Assembly: GCA_043228905.1 (NCBI GenBank)
Contig: JBHGNT010000004.1
Location: 21,390,001 to 21,454,000 of the forward strand
Source of the DNA: Azolla caroliniana
Taxonomy: Eukaryota > Plantae > Polypodiophyta
Length of the DNA stretch: 64,000 nucleotides
Direction: 5' to 3'
The position numbers and the translations under genes were made by a program. This document shows, piece by piece, positions 1 through 13,021 of this stretch (its first letter is position 1; each line of letters opens with the position of its first letter). Below the pieces are notes generated by a model that saw only the letters and a program-made list of their open reading frames with translations, was not told the origin of the DNA and did not search any database.

Positions 1-3000
1 TCGAAGCTCCCAGCCTCAGGTAAATGAAATGTTGGTATATTAATGAAGGTTAATTATGTTTGTCATGTCTTATGAATATAACAAATATTTAAAAATTTGA
101 TGTCATCCTAGAGACCCAAGGTAGCATTAACCTCATAATTTCTTAGCTATACCAATTCAAAATACCATTGCTCTCCTATGAAGCTCGAGTGCATGAATTT
201 ATTGATTTAAATGTAAGGTTTATGATTGGTTTCAACTTCCCTAAGTTTCTTGATTAATTCAGATGCTAATTCAAAAGATAATAACAAAGTAAAATCTATT
301 TAATGGACCAATATGTTTTATAGTTGTATTCTTTCAGCTTGATTATAGGCTGCATATTTAGGCTAGGATTCCTTGACTCTAATTGCTTTATCTTTTTATG
401 AATATGCTAGATCATGTTGTAAGCTTGTATGTGAAACTATCTCAAAGGTCTGTAAAACTGGCAACTCTCTCCCAAATACTGAGTGAGACATCATGAATAG
501 ATATGAGGAAGAAATGTTTTCACTGTTTCGGGGGGTGATGAGATAAATTATAGGTTGATGAGACTGAGATATTCCATTGTGATATAATCTTGCACATTTT
601 TTCACTAATTTCCTCACCTCCACATGACAGATATATGGGTATCACAAGGGCAGTTCAGTTTTGGTTGTAAACTACTATGTAATCTCAAAATAGGCATTTT
701 TCTCCCAGTACAGCCTTTCGTTCAATAAATTCTCTGGTTTTTAATCTTCAGCTGAAACAGTACTTTGTGTGCAGGCTCCTCTAATTCCTCTCTGTTGTCG
801 TTTTCTGCTTCCCTATACTGGGAGCTGTTAGTTCTCTTGTGGGTGTTATTTTCTTCTTTGTATTTACAGATACGTGGAAAGGACCTCCTTGTAGTGACAT
901 CGGATTCTGGAAAGATGTCATTCTTGACTTTTTGCATTGAGTTACACAGGTCTCATCTCCACTTCTGTTTAGAATTGCAAAAGTCATGCAAAAATTGAAT
1001 TGTCTTCCATTTTTAGGTTTTTGGCAATTGCACATGTGCAAATATCTCAATCAGTAAATGCTCGACGGGATCTGGGTCAATTTTTGGCTGTTGAATCCAG
1101 GTTCGCATAGATATATTTATTTACACATATTGAATTTGATTGAACATGGAAAAGGGAGATTGCGTATTATTACAATCTGTTAGAAGAGAGGCAAGAGGAA
1201 ATGAAGCAATCTGAATCTGGTTTATATGCTCCAAGTACCGCAAAATTGAAATATTTGTGCCTTTCTCTTTTATAGATAGTGTAAAATAAAACCAAGTAGT
1301 TGAACCATTTGGGTAATAAAGTCTCCCAAGGCCTGTGGATGGATTAAAAGATAGGATAAGAGAGAGAAGTTAAGGAAGAAGAATGGTAATGAAATTTTGG
1401 GAGGTATTCTGGTGGGAGGTCAACTCCTGCATGATAGCAAAATGTTTTCAAAAGTTTTTTTGCATTCCACTCCTGCATTTAGATTCTTTGGAATATTTGC
1501 CTATGCTTACTGTCCTGACTTTCATTCCCTTGGTTTCTTATGACTATGATCTTATATCAAGTTTCACAATTCCATAGCTGATCCCTTGCTGCGTTTATTG
1601 CTGACAAGAAAAGTAAAAGCTTGAACCTGAGAGATTCTGGTTCAGTGTGACTGTAAAATTTGCTAGGATATTATGTGTTATTGAACCAGACAAAGCAGCA
1701 GGGTGTGAAACCAAAAATAGCAAGGGCTCAGTGGGGTGTTAGATTTGGGTGAACAACTGCTGTTATGTTACTGTTGGTATTAATTGCATTAGTCTTTACA
1801 ACAACTTAGACTAGATCTGCAAGTGAAATTCATAGCAGTTAGAAATATGATATATTCTCAAAAGTCCTTTACTCGAAAGTTCTCTTTATATTTTATTTAT
1901 CTGTCTTGTTTGTTTCACTTTAATTTCTCGTTTCGCTACATGCTCTTTGGGGCCCATAAAATAAACAAACGCAAACAAACAAACAAACAAACATACACAC
2001 ACACACACACACAAAAACGCAGAATCTCTATTTCTTTATTTGCAAACAAGTTTCTCATGAGATTTTGTTTCGATTTTTCTAGTTTTTTGCTTGTAGATGA
2101 TATGCTTATCATAATTACTATTGTTCGTTGCTTTTGTGCCATGGACATGTAGAGGTCGTGCAATTGCTGTAGGCGCCTTACAGGATAAGATTGCTATCTT
2201 TCCCACTTCCATCGTTGCTGGGAACAATATTGTGGAGAAGGTTTGTTGCTGCCTCCTCTGCGTGCCTGTCCTTTTTGTCATGAATGTTGTATTTTAGGTC
2301 TCAGGCTATTGTCAAGACATTGATGCCATAGTTCTTTCATTTGCATTATACATGAAGTCTTATTAAAGATGAACTGTATTGATGGTCGGAATAGTAATAT
2401 TTTGATGGCTATACCTGAGTTTTCTAATGAGCGAAATTGTTTTCCTTTGGCAAAGAATAAAAACTCGATCTTTTTAAACTGAGAACCTTCAAATTTTATC
2501 GGAATTGTACAAAAACAATCTGGCTAAAAGATGGGGTACTCTTATATAGAGTCCAGACCAAGCATCATACCTATAGATAAGACCGAAGATCAAAGATGTT
2601 GCAGAGTTACACAGCTCACTCGAGAGGGTATTGTTAGGGCACCTGACGTTGACTTGAGCCAACAATGATTGTGAGAGGAAGGACACTTGCGGGGTAGTGC
2701 TAGTGGAAGACTAGTGCTCACCTTAGGTGAACTTTAGTCGTACTTAAGAAGTAGGAGGATAGAGCAAATGGGATTTCATCGTTGACTTATTGGATCCAGA
2801 TGGACTCATGATGGCAGATTGCAGAAATAGATAGGCATGATTTTAAAGTGATCAAGTGGATAATTGTGATGACCACCAAATTAGGTATGATAGGTCAAAG
2901 GAAAGAAAGTGATAACTACTCGTTTTTATCTATAAAGATCAAGAGTCTGAATTATGAAATAAATCAAGGAATTGTCTGCATCAATGCAAGTTGTTGGTTC

Positions 3001-6000
3001 ATTTTTATGACTAGGAATGTGTAATTCACCATAGTGCCAAGGTGCCGTCACATTGACAACAAATAGAGCCATTACTCTTTGTGGTAAACATCACTGATGC
3101 CAGCCTGTCCCACAGCCCTGATGTGCATACCTTCATACAATCAAAATCATCAACACACCACATCATCGTTCCACTGGCCATTCCATATTGGATCACGTCA
3201 TGATGGATATCTTCAGGGTACTGCTATTTTAGTTCCAGTGGTCCTGCACCAAACCATGTCGTGTTGATCACTCGTGATTACATATGTTCAAGCTGTTAGT
3301 TTTACGGATCTAGAGTATGAAGACATTTTCTCTTGTTACTTGCTTTGATGAATTAACACAAGCACTCGTAATACTTGTTAGGTCTCATAGGCCATTATGG
3401 TCTTTGAATATCGTAGTATATCTTTCTTTGATAATATTTGTTTTGTTATATTTTCTCTATCATTAAATTATGCATAACACAGATGAAATTAAATCGAAGT
3501 TGGGTGGTAACCTTAAGAAGTCAGATTCTAGGACAATATAGAAATCAAGTCCGCATGGCCATTATGGGCTGGGGATACACACGTGCTACCAGCAGGACAG
3601 GATTTGGCCAAACAAAGTTGTGTCATTCTGAAAGGATGATTTCTTGCCTTTTTTCTCCTCAAGAGAAGAGATTGGTGGGTTGACTGGCGATGCGGATTTT
3701 GATCGAAGAGAATTCTCAAACCGAGAGGACGAGGAAACACCTCGAATTGCGCCGACTCCTAATATCGGACAACTCAAGATTCTCCGTGCGGATTCCACTA
3801 GCTTTGATGAATTAATACAAGCAGTTGTAATACGTGCTAGGTCTCATAGGTCATTATGGTCCTTGAGAGATGTTAGTATATCTTTCTTGGATTATATTTA
3901 TTTTTGTTATATTTTCTCCATTATTAGATTATATATAACACATAAGTAAATGCACACTCGTAAATATGTACGATATTTGATAATGATTCAAGCATGAAGT
4001 CTATGAAGACTCTTCTGTTTAATCAACCTTTGTTAATATTTACATGTGCATTTTCCTCTTCAAAGCTACACATGAAGAAAACATCTTAATCAACTCTTGT
4101 CACATAGAAAACAGTGATAAACAATGATATTTATTTCATAATGTTTTTCAATATAGATATACCAAGGAATGCTATTTTAGATGTTTGAAAATAAGAAATT
4201 TGATTTATTTTGTCGTTTAGAGATTGGTGTGCCCAAAGGAGTTGAGGGATAAAGCAGAGCCTGCAACATTATTGGGCACAATATGGAGTATGACATTTGT
4301 ACCAGGTCTAACAGATGCAAGCCAAACAGACACTGATATAGTGGTTCTTGTTGTTCTTCTCCATAGGTATATTTAAGTACATGGCTACACAGCTGGTCAT
4401 TTTCTATTGTGCAGCCACTGACACAAGCTAGGTCTTAATGTGCAGAAAGGGAGCTGTTGACAATGAGTTGCTAGTTCTTGTATCTGATCTAAGGCAGCGC
4501 TCTATCCAGTTGAAGACTCTGTATAATCCATTTCGTTCTGCATCTTCTTTTGCTTATCTTCTAGCTGATGTTCCATCCCTTCCTGGATTTTTCTTTGTCT
4601 TTCGATGTGGAGAAATTGAGCTATTGGAGATCAGCAATTCTGGCATTCTTCTAAACGTGTCAGCCCTTTCTTTACCCAAAATTGCTGACACACGAAGAAC
4701 TGAGGAAAGAAGAGCCTCTCCTGGTGTTGATGAAGAAGGAAGGTACAATGAAGCTGCCTCTGCTTTGCTGGAGTTAAGAACTGGAGAGAGTGCCGATACT
4801 AGTTCAGATGATGTAATGAAAACAACAACTTCAAATAGTATAAACAATGGGGACCCTCAAGCATCACCATTGATTTGCTGCTGGAGTTGGGATATGGAAT
4901 CATCTTCTGGATTGAGGTTGATATTTTGTGTTGATGCGGTTGAAGCATGTCTCTTTAACCTTCATCTGTCTCAGAGTAGTCCATCTGAAGTTAAGATGAG
5001 TGTAAGTAACTGCTTGTATCGGTGCTCTCCTCTGACGTCTTTGTTATGGACGAAAGGTGGGTTTATTGCTGCCTTGGCAGAAATGGGCGATGGTAAAATT
5101 CTACAGATTAAGGATGAGAAGGTTTGGAATAGAAGTACTATTCAGAACATTGCTCCAGTTCTTGATTTTTCTCTGGTGGACTACTATGTTGAGAAGCAAG
5201 ATCAGATGTTTGCTTGTTCGGGAGTGGGCAATGAAGGCTCCTTAAGGGTTATTCGTAATGGAATCAGTGTAGAGAAGTTGATTAGTACGGCACCCCTGTA
5301 TGAAGGTGTAACTGGTTGTTGGACCATGAAAATATGCAGAGAAGATACCTATCATGCCTTCTTTGTTCTCTCTTTTGCTGAAGAGACACGTGTATTGTCT
5401 GTTGGATTAAGTTTCAACGACATCACTGATCTTGTAGGTTTTAACTCTTCTGCATGCACTTTGGCATGTGGGTGGATATATGATGGTTGGGTGACTCAAG
5501 TTTGCCGCAATGAAGTTCGTGTTTGTGCACCAACTGCTGATGCTCATCCTAAAGGAATTCAGTATGTGCATCCAATATGTAATTATTGGATGCCTCGAAG
5601 CGCAAAGATAATCCTGGGAGCTGTTGCTCATATGAGAGTGATTTTGGCCATGTCACAACCTGGATTGTTGGTTATGCTTGGTTTAATAACAACATCCAGT
5701 GGTGGAACAGAACTCACAGAAATCCAAAGGTTTCTTTTTGGTGCAGAATTATCTTGTATATCCATTCCTCAGGAAGAAGAGCCATTTCCTATACCTGTGC
5801 CAGCAGCAATTGTGGGGTTGGTGGAGCCTGGCTCTGCAATCACCCTTCCAAATGGGGTAGAGATAGGAAAAGTATGTGTTGTTGGAACACACAAACCATC
5901 TGTTGAACTTTTATCCATTGTTCCTGGTGAGAACTTTTCAGTACTAGCTGTTGGCCAAATTTCTCCCCAAAATACCATGGGAACATCCTCTGGTGGTGGT

Positions 6001-9000
6001 GTTCCTGAGGATGTAAGACTTGTTCTTTTTGATCGTCTCTACATCCTAGCTGGTTTGAGGAATGGAATGCTACTTCGGTTTGAATGGCCTCGGCATGGGT
6101 CTCTGTCTGGATGCCTGAACAGTTACACGATGTCTGATAAAGGTATACCTGCTAATGAATGCAAAGAGAATATCCAAGCTACTGAATTGTTTGTACCATT
6201 GCCATCAGATGCCCATTCAAAAATGCCCGTCCTTCAAGATAGTAAATTGGCACTTGGGAAGAAAGAATCGCCTTTTCCTGTACAGTTACATCTCATTGCT
6301 GTCAGGCGTGTTGGAGTTTCACCAGTATCTTTTATTCCTTTACAAGCATCATTGCGTGCTGATGTCATTGCGTTGGGTGATCGACCGTGGTTATTGCAAA
6401 CTGCACGACACAGTCAGAGAATTGCATATACATCCATATCCTTCCAACCTTCTACTCATGCAACACCTGTGAAATGCAGTGAATGTTCCAAAGGGATTTT
6501 ATTTGTTGCAGATTGCAGCCTACATTTGGTCTCTCTCTCTCTCTCTCTCTGCTATTTTTATGCGTGTTAACCTGCCAGTGAATGAATGGTGTATCATACA
6601 TAGTTATGCTATAAGTATCTAGAGGTGAAATCTTTTACTCTTATCGATAACTGAGGGGTTGTGTATAAACTTCCCTAGTCTTTGTCTCTTCTGCTGGATG
6701 TAAATACAACACTGTAGATTGGTTGAAACTGGATTGATAGAATTGTATTGTAGAATATACAACACCTTAGATACAAATTCCTATGAACAAGGTCAAAACA
6801 TCAGGGACACTCTGCAAAGTGTTGAAAGTGTCATTGGAGGATGGATATACAAATTTGCACTTACTCTGGTGACAAATGTTGAGAAGAGTATAATGAGAAC
6901 TTTCATAACATGAGGCCTTCCAAGCATGAACTTCTTCAGAGAGGACAAGGAAGAGGGAAAGGGAGAAAGAAAGAGGGAAAGAAAGAGATGTATATTACTG
7001 TCTCCAAGAGGCCAAAATCATCCTATGAGATAAGTCATGATTACAAACAGTATAACAAATCTGGTAAGGTTATTTGATATAGATCAAAAGTTCATATGCT
7101 CAAGCTTCACATTCTGCACACACATCTATAAATTGGTTGGATTTGAACCCAAGGCTACAGATTAATAAAAATAAGGATATGACTGGGGTACATCCCAATA
7201 TGATAAAAATCAAAACAAAAAATAGTGATATAGACAGATGTAGCCCACTTGGTAAGGTTGAATATCAGAGAGCAGGATGTCTCTAACTTAGGGTAGCGAG
7301 ATATAGCCAGAGAGATGAAATGAAATGAGGTTCTATTAATGTATTGAAAAGGTCAAAGTGACCCCTGGGACCAAAAACTTATATCCATATGAATCTTATA
7401 GAATGTCTTGTAATATAAAACCAAATCCGAATTTACCTGTAACTAATTAGTGCGATCTGTAACTAGCCTATGATCAAAGTGAAATGATCTAGGTACTGTG
7501 GCTACAAGTAAGACATGATACAATGTCCAAAATAAGTATCCCTGAAGAAGTAGACCATGACTTATTAGTGTCAACACATGAATACTTGTAGGATGATGCT
7601 GTATCACATCAATGTCCTCTGTGGTGATCCACATGAGAGATCATGCTCAATCTCAGGTGACCATTCTGTGTGTAGTCCTATGAGCTTTTGGCACTCGAGG
7701 AAGTGTTTGTGTGTTCTTTTGTGAAAGCACCACGTATAACACATCAGTCCACCAGTGATAATCGCAGCCTTGTGCATACCTTTATCTATTGTCAATAATC
7801 TTATAATTTTGTATAGTAATGCTGTGTATAACATCACAACACATGTTTGAAATGAGAGGGAGATTGATTGATATTGAGATTGATTTTATATTGATTATTT
7901 CTACAGGTTGAGATGGAACACTCCAAAAGATTGAATGTTCAAAGATTTTCTTTAGGCAGTACACCTAGGAGGATTTTATATCATGTTGATTCCAAGAAAC
8001 TTTTGATCATGCGGTCAGAATATAGTGACCTTGTGCATGGCTATGTTTCTGACATATGCTGTGTAGATCCAGTAAGTGGTTCAGTGCAGTTTTCATACAT
8101 GTTCGACTATGGAGAAGTTCCCAAATGCATGGAGCTTATGAAATCAGGAAAGGAACATCTTTTACTGGTTGGGACTGGATTGACTACAGGAAAAGCAATG
8201 ATGGCCGATGGAGAACCTGATGGGTAATCTTGTCATAAATTTTCATATAGTTTAAAAGAAGACTGTTTTATTTCAAATGTATTTTGTTTTAGAAACATGT
8301 ATATTGGTTTACGTGTGTTCTTCATGTTATGCTGGTCTCAAGTGTATTTTCCATTGCAGCTCTAAAGGGCGTCTTCTTGTTTTTCGACTTGAACAAAAAC
8401 TGAGACCTGAAAATGAACTTGCATTTTCTGTCCGATCAACCTCTGCTCTTCCATCAGACTCTGTTCTTTCAGAATCCTCAAACCCAAATACAGAAACATG
8501 TTCGAATTATGATCAAGATATAAAAATGGAAGATAGTGCCAGAAATACCTTTCCATTTCCTGAGACTGATGGATGGGAATTGATTCTTAAAAGCCACGTG
8601 CCATTGTCTGGAGTTGTGCTTGCAGTTGCTCCGTATCTTGATCAATATATACTGACTTGTGCTGGCAATACTGTAAAATTCTTCTCTTCTTATTTTGTGA
8701 AGCAGTGATTCTGCCATCAACTTCAATTTAAGATAAATGTTTCTTTTGTCTCAGCTATCTTGTTTAGGATTTGCAAGTGACTGTCAATACCGCTTGAAGC
8801 GCTATGATTCTGTAAGGACTCGGTTTGTACTCATGTGCATTGCGGTTCACTTGAACAGAATAGCTGTTGGAGATTGCCGGGATGGAATTCTAATTTATTC
8901 ATATCAAGAGGTAAAAGTTATTACAAATATTAGAGTCTCATTGAGTAAAGCTCACCCTCTTTTGTACTTATGTATGCATGTAGGATGCACATAAGCTAGA

Positions 9001-10761
9001 ACAGCTATATTGTGACCCAGCACAGCGGTTAGTGGCAGACAGTGTCCTAATAGACCTTGAAACTGTTTTAGTAACAGATCGTCATGCGAACTTCTGTGCT
9101 TTGTCCTGCCCAAACCTTCCTGAAGGTTTGGAAAAGTTGATGTTCTGTATCAACATTCCTAGGTCATTATCTGGGTTTATTACTGAATTATTCTTTGAAC
9201 TGAATCTTTTTTTATTGTCCTGACTAGATAGTGCCAGTCCTGAACGCAACCTTGTTCTGCAATGCTGGTACCATATGGGAGAGGTTATGATGAATATATG
9301 CAAGGTTGTAAAACATGTTAGTTTAGTTTTGTCTTCTTTCTATTGGTCACCACCTTTACTACCAGTATCTTTTTGAATATGCAGGCACATGCAATCAAAA
9401 GACCTATCATTTTGTTTATTTTTGAATTTTAATGCATTGATGTTTTTCTTGCTGAAAATTGTAAATAGTACACAAATAAGTGGCAGATGGTTAAAGAATG
9501 TTAAAACTTAACAGACATCTCTATGCCTTCTGATTTTTTGTTAAGTGTTTGAAAACAAAAGAATGCAATAATTAGGTTTTCCAATTGATCAGGGTTCATT
9601 GGCATACAAAGGGTCATCAGATGGAAATACAATGGTTGGCAGTAATAACAGCGTTCAAGGTTCAGATTTTTCAGAATCTTCAGTGATTGCAACCACACTT
9701 CTTGGTAGTGTTATTGTTTTCATCCATGTCACCAGGTGAAACTTAAGACTGCATTGGAAAATAAACAAATAAATGTCAAAATTTCAGTTATTAAGTGCAT
9801 AGATACTTCCATGTTCAGGGAGGAATTTGAGCTTCTAGATGCTTTGCAAACAAGATTAGCATTGTATCCTCTCACAGCACCCCTTCTTGGCAACAATCAT
9901 TCAAACTTCCGTGGCAGAGGATGTCCTGTAGGTACCTTACACATTCATAATGAAGTAAAATTACATAAAATACTTAGTTTTTGTCCATTCCACATGTTTG
10001 TGATTTTAATTGAAAAAAGTTTCGGGGTGGATTTTAGAGCATAACCTTAGACACAGCACTCTAATGATATGTACTATCCGATCAATTGCTAGAGGGTAAT
10101 CTCATCTGTTTAGTATATGGAGCATTGATACACTCTCTTTAGGTAGTTCTGATAAGGTTGGAAGGAATTCTCTCATTGTGGAGCTCTAACACATTCCTCA
10201 TGTTTGGTCACCCTCTCTTTGACAAATTGTTGGGAGTCTTCAACTGTCTCTTTAACTGACTTTTTCTTTAATTCTCCATATGTCCCTAAGTTTGTAGTTA
10301 TTTTCCTAAGGGCCACTGCTCATCTCCCTCAAGAGGAAATGGTAATACTATTTAAGCCAGTGTACTGTTAACTCATCACCTTTTCCTCTATTTTGAGGAT
10401 TGACCAAAGGCATTTGGGAGTAATAATGAATATGCTGGGGCATTGTGGGTGGAAATACAGAAACACTCTGGGATATTTTGAAGTTTTTCCCCAGAATGAA
10501 CTTCTCATGTAGTCATGATTACAGTGGGGCTTAACATCAGTAAATGTACTGTAGAGAGGAGTGAAGAAAGTTCTTGATGGGGACATGCTTGGCCAGTTTC
10601 TTGAGCTCACAAGCTCACAACAGCAGTCAGTATTAGCTGATCAACCAGGATTGGAGAGCTTGAGCTCTTTCAATCTAAGTTTACAGACCCCATCCAGAGG
10701 AGGCTTTCCTGTAGAGCAAGTGCTGAGGTTGCTCGAAAGGATCTACAATTCGTTGACTTGA
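1..10761 (+). CDS. SF3B3/RSE1/DDB1/CPSF-A family beta-propeller protein (plant paralogue similar to Arabidopsis At3g11960), 5' end outside window. Exons approx <1-19, 870-949, 1017-1100, 2153-2240, 4221-4366, 4446-6528, 7907-8223, 8360-8672, 8755-8910, 8984-9125, 9228-9304, 9593-9735, 9819-9927, 10555-10761
   Basis: GT..AG-bounded exons join in frame: GKDLLVVTSDSGKMSFL, EMGDG, QNIAPVLDF, GSLRVIRNGI, IAVGDCRDG, VLDGDMLGQFLEL are family motifs; stop TGA at 10759-10761. Confidence 0.9.
3342..3950. repeat. Diverged ~145-bp direct repeat (3342-3487, 3801-3950) flanking a ~310-bp insert in an intron
   Basis: gctttgatgaattaa..ggtctcatagg.cattatggtc..tatctttctt..ttttgttatattttctc occurs twice. Confidence 0.85.
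3545..3589 (+). pseudogene. 45-bp fragment of organellar-type SSU rRNA, most like plant mitochondrial rrn18 (NUMT piece)
   Basis: tcaagtccgcatggccattatgggctggggatacacacgtgctac closely matches the recalled mt 18S segment TCAAGTCCGCATGGCCCTTATGGGCTGGGCCACACACGTGCTAC. Confidence 0.7.
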
Positions 10762-13021
10762 GAATGTACAAGGTTTCAACACTGGTATACTAAACTTTCA
10801 TCCATAGGCAGCATATACAAATTTTGTTTGCATATAACTTAATTTAAAATTAGAATGTCTATGCAGAGTATACACTCGGGTGTCTTTGGAGATAATACCA
10901 TGACATGTAATGAACTTCAATCTTGTGATTGATGTATAGAGGTAAGAATTGCGGTGGTTGGAGGTTATCTAGATCATGCAATAAAATAAACTGATTATTC
11001 AGAAACTACCCTTAATAAAGTTTTTCAAACATGTTCTAAATAATCCCAGCGGGTTTTAAATAGCATGTTCTAATAGGTGAGTGTGGTGATCAAAGGTTCG
11101 AGGAACCTGGTTTGCGAAATTCTCCATGCTGATCTAAATTTGAGCGACATAGCTTTGTGGAACAGTTGGATGATATACAATTGTTTGTATTTGTTACGGC
11201 TGAAATTCGGTTTTACAGGTTTCTTGTGTGTCGTCTTACTTCTGAAGTCATTATTGCAAGGTTGAAAACTCACAGCCGCCTAATGGTGGGAGAGCAAAAA
11301 TTTCAGTAAAACAGAGCATACATAGCATATAAAGAAGCATTGGTCATTCCTTGGGGACTCCAGGTCATTTGGATATCATAAGTGGTGTTTCAAGTTGCTT
11401 GTTGCAATGATGGTTAATGAACCATAGTTGCGTAATTGACAACATGATTTTGCCATGCGCTCGAATGTGTAACATTTTAGTCAGAAATAAGTCGTTTATG
11501 CTGGGTCATATTCATGTTTGGAATAGACTATCATCTCCCTCCAGCCCCCCTTCTCTGTCAATAGCTCTTGTAAATTATACTTCGATCTTAATTGAAGTTT
11601 TGACAGTTGTATAGAATTGTGCAAACAAGCATAGAATGAGAGCTTACAGGATTCCATATCTTTATTTGACCCATCGTAACAATTAGATCTTAAATAGTGG
11701 GCCAAAAGATAGGTGAAGTCAAATAGAACTAGCACATTATTTCTTTACATGTTTATGGATTAATCTATTAGATGGTTTAGGAACATACAATAATAGGTTG
11801 TGCTGTTGGATATATCTGAAAGCATTTGTAATGTTTTTTTTATAAACCAAGCTTGTTATGAATATGCTTGCTTCATTGAAACTAGATTATCTGATCGTAT
11901 TTCCTCATTGTTACTTAATACTCATTGAACTCATGAATTTAGGAACACAGCTTAAATTCGATTTAATAAACCTGATAAAGCATTATTTGGTAGGTAGATA
12001 GATATATTTCAACCTTTTAAGATAGATCTAGTGACATTTAAAAAAGTACAAAGTGTGAATCATCAGGTGATACAGAGACTATTAGATATGTGATCAACAC
12101 CAATCATTTCTAATTTCTAATTTGTTAGAGTATCATTACAAAAGATCTCCAGTGTCTTCTGTTGACTATAATCGTAAAGTCTGAATGTGAGGTTCAACTA
12201 TGGAAGTTCTTGATAGACAATTGCATGTAAAGGTTCTTTACATTTGGAAGTTCTTGGTAGACGTAATCAAAACCAGTCTCAAAAGCTTCTGCCATTGTCA
12301 AAATAGTGAGTTTAGTATTATTGGTCATTGATGACAACAGTATATGCTATCATGAATATTCTTGGACTTGTGATTGGTATAGTGATCTGATAGATCATCG
12401 ATACTAATCATGGAGTTTTGCTTTGGAAATTATTGGTAGACATTGCTATGTGAACATTCAAATCAATGTCTCCAATGATTTTCAGCCAAAGTAGTTTGCT
12501 TGCAATTACCACTTTAACCTTTAGTGACATTGATGATGACAGATGCTTCACGTTGGAGTGACGTTGTTGACATGGATACAACCCTTTACCATTTTATAAG
12601 AGCTTAAGATCCAATGCACAGAAACACTATATATGCCACAGTTTAATCGAAGTGGGCAAGTGCACTTATTGAAGAAATGATAAAAGAATTGTAATTGAGA
12701 CTAAAAGTAAAGTTAAGTGAAGCTCTCTCAGATTATGTTTCCACACCTATACAAAGTTAGACAGCATCATATAGCAAGTCCGAAGCAATAATGTACATTT
12801 GTGCCACATAACAAAACCAAAGCAAGGTGAACATTTGTAAACAATGTATAACAGAAAAGAAAACTCATTTGATCTTTTGGAGGTGTTTTGTTTGTTTAAT
12901 TTAATATCAGTGTAACAAATGAAGGGAGAATGTATCATGAGATTTCTCCTGAAAACATAGGGTATTTCTGTCTTTTGTCAGGGCAAAGAAGAAAAATCAC
13001 TTTTTATATGTATATACATCA

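Noticed and set aside
3545-3589. Functional rRNA gene
   Set aside because: Only 45 nt match, inside an intron.
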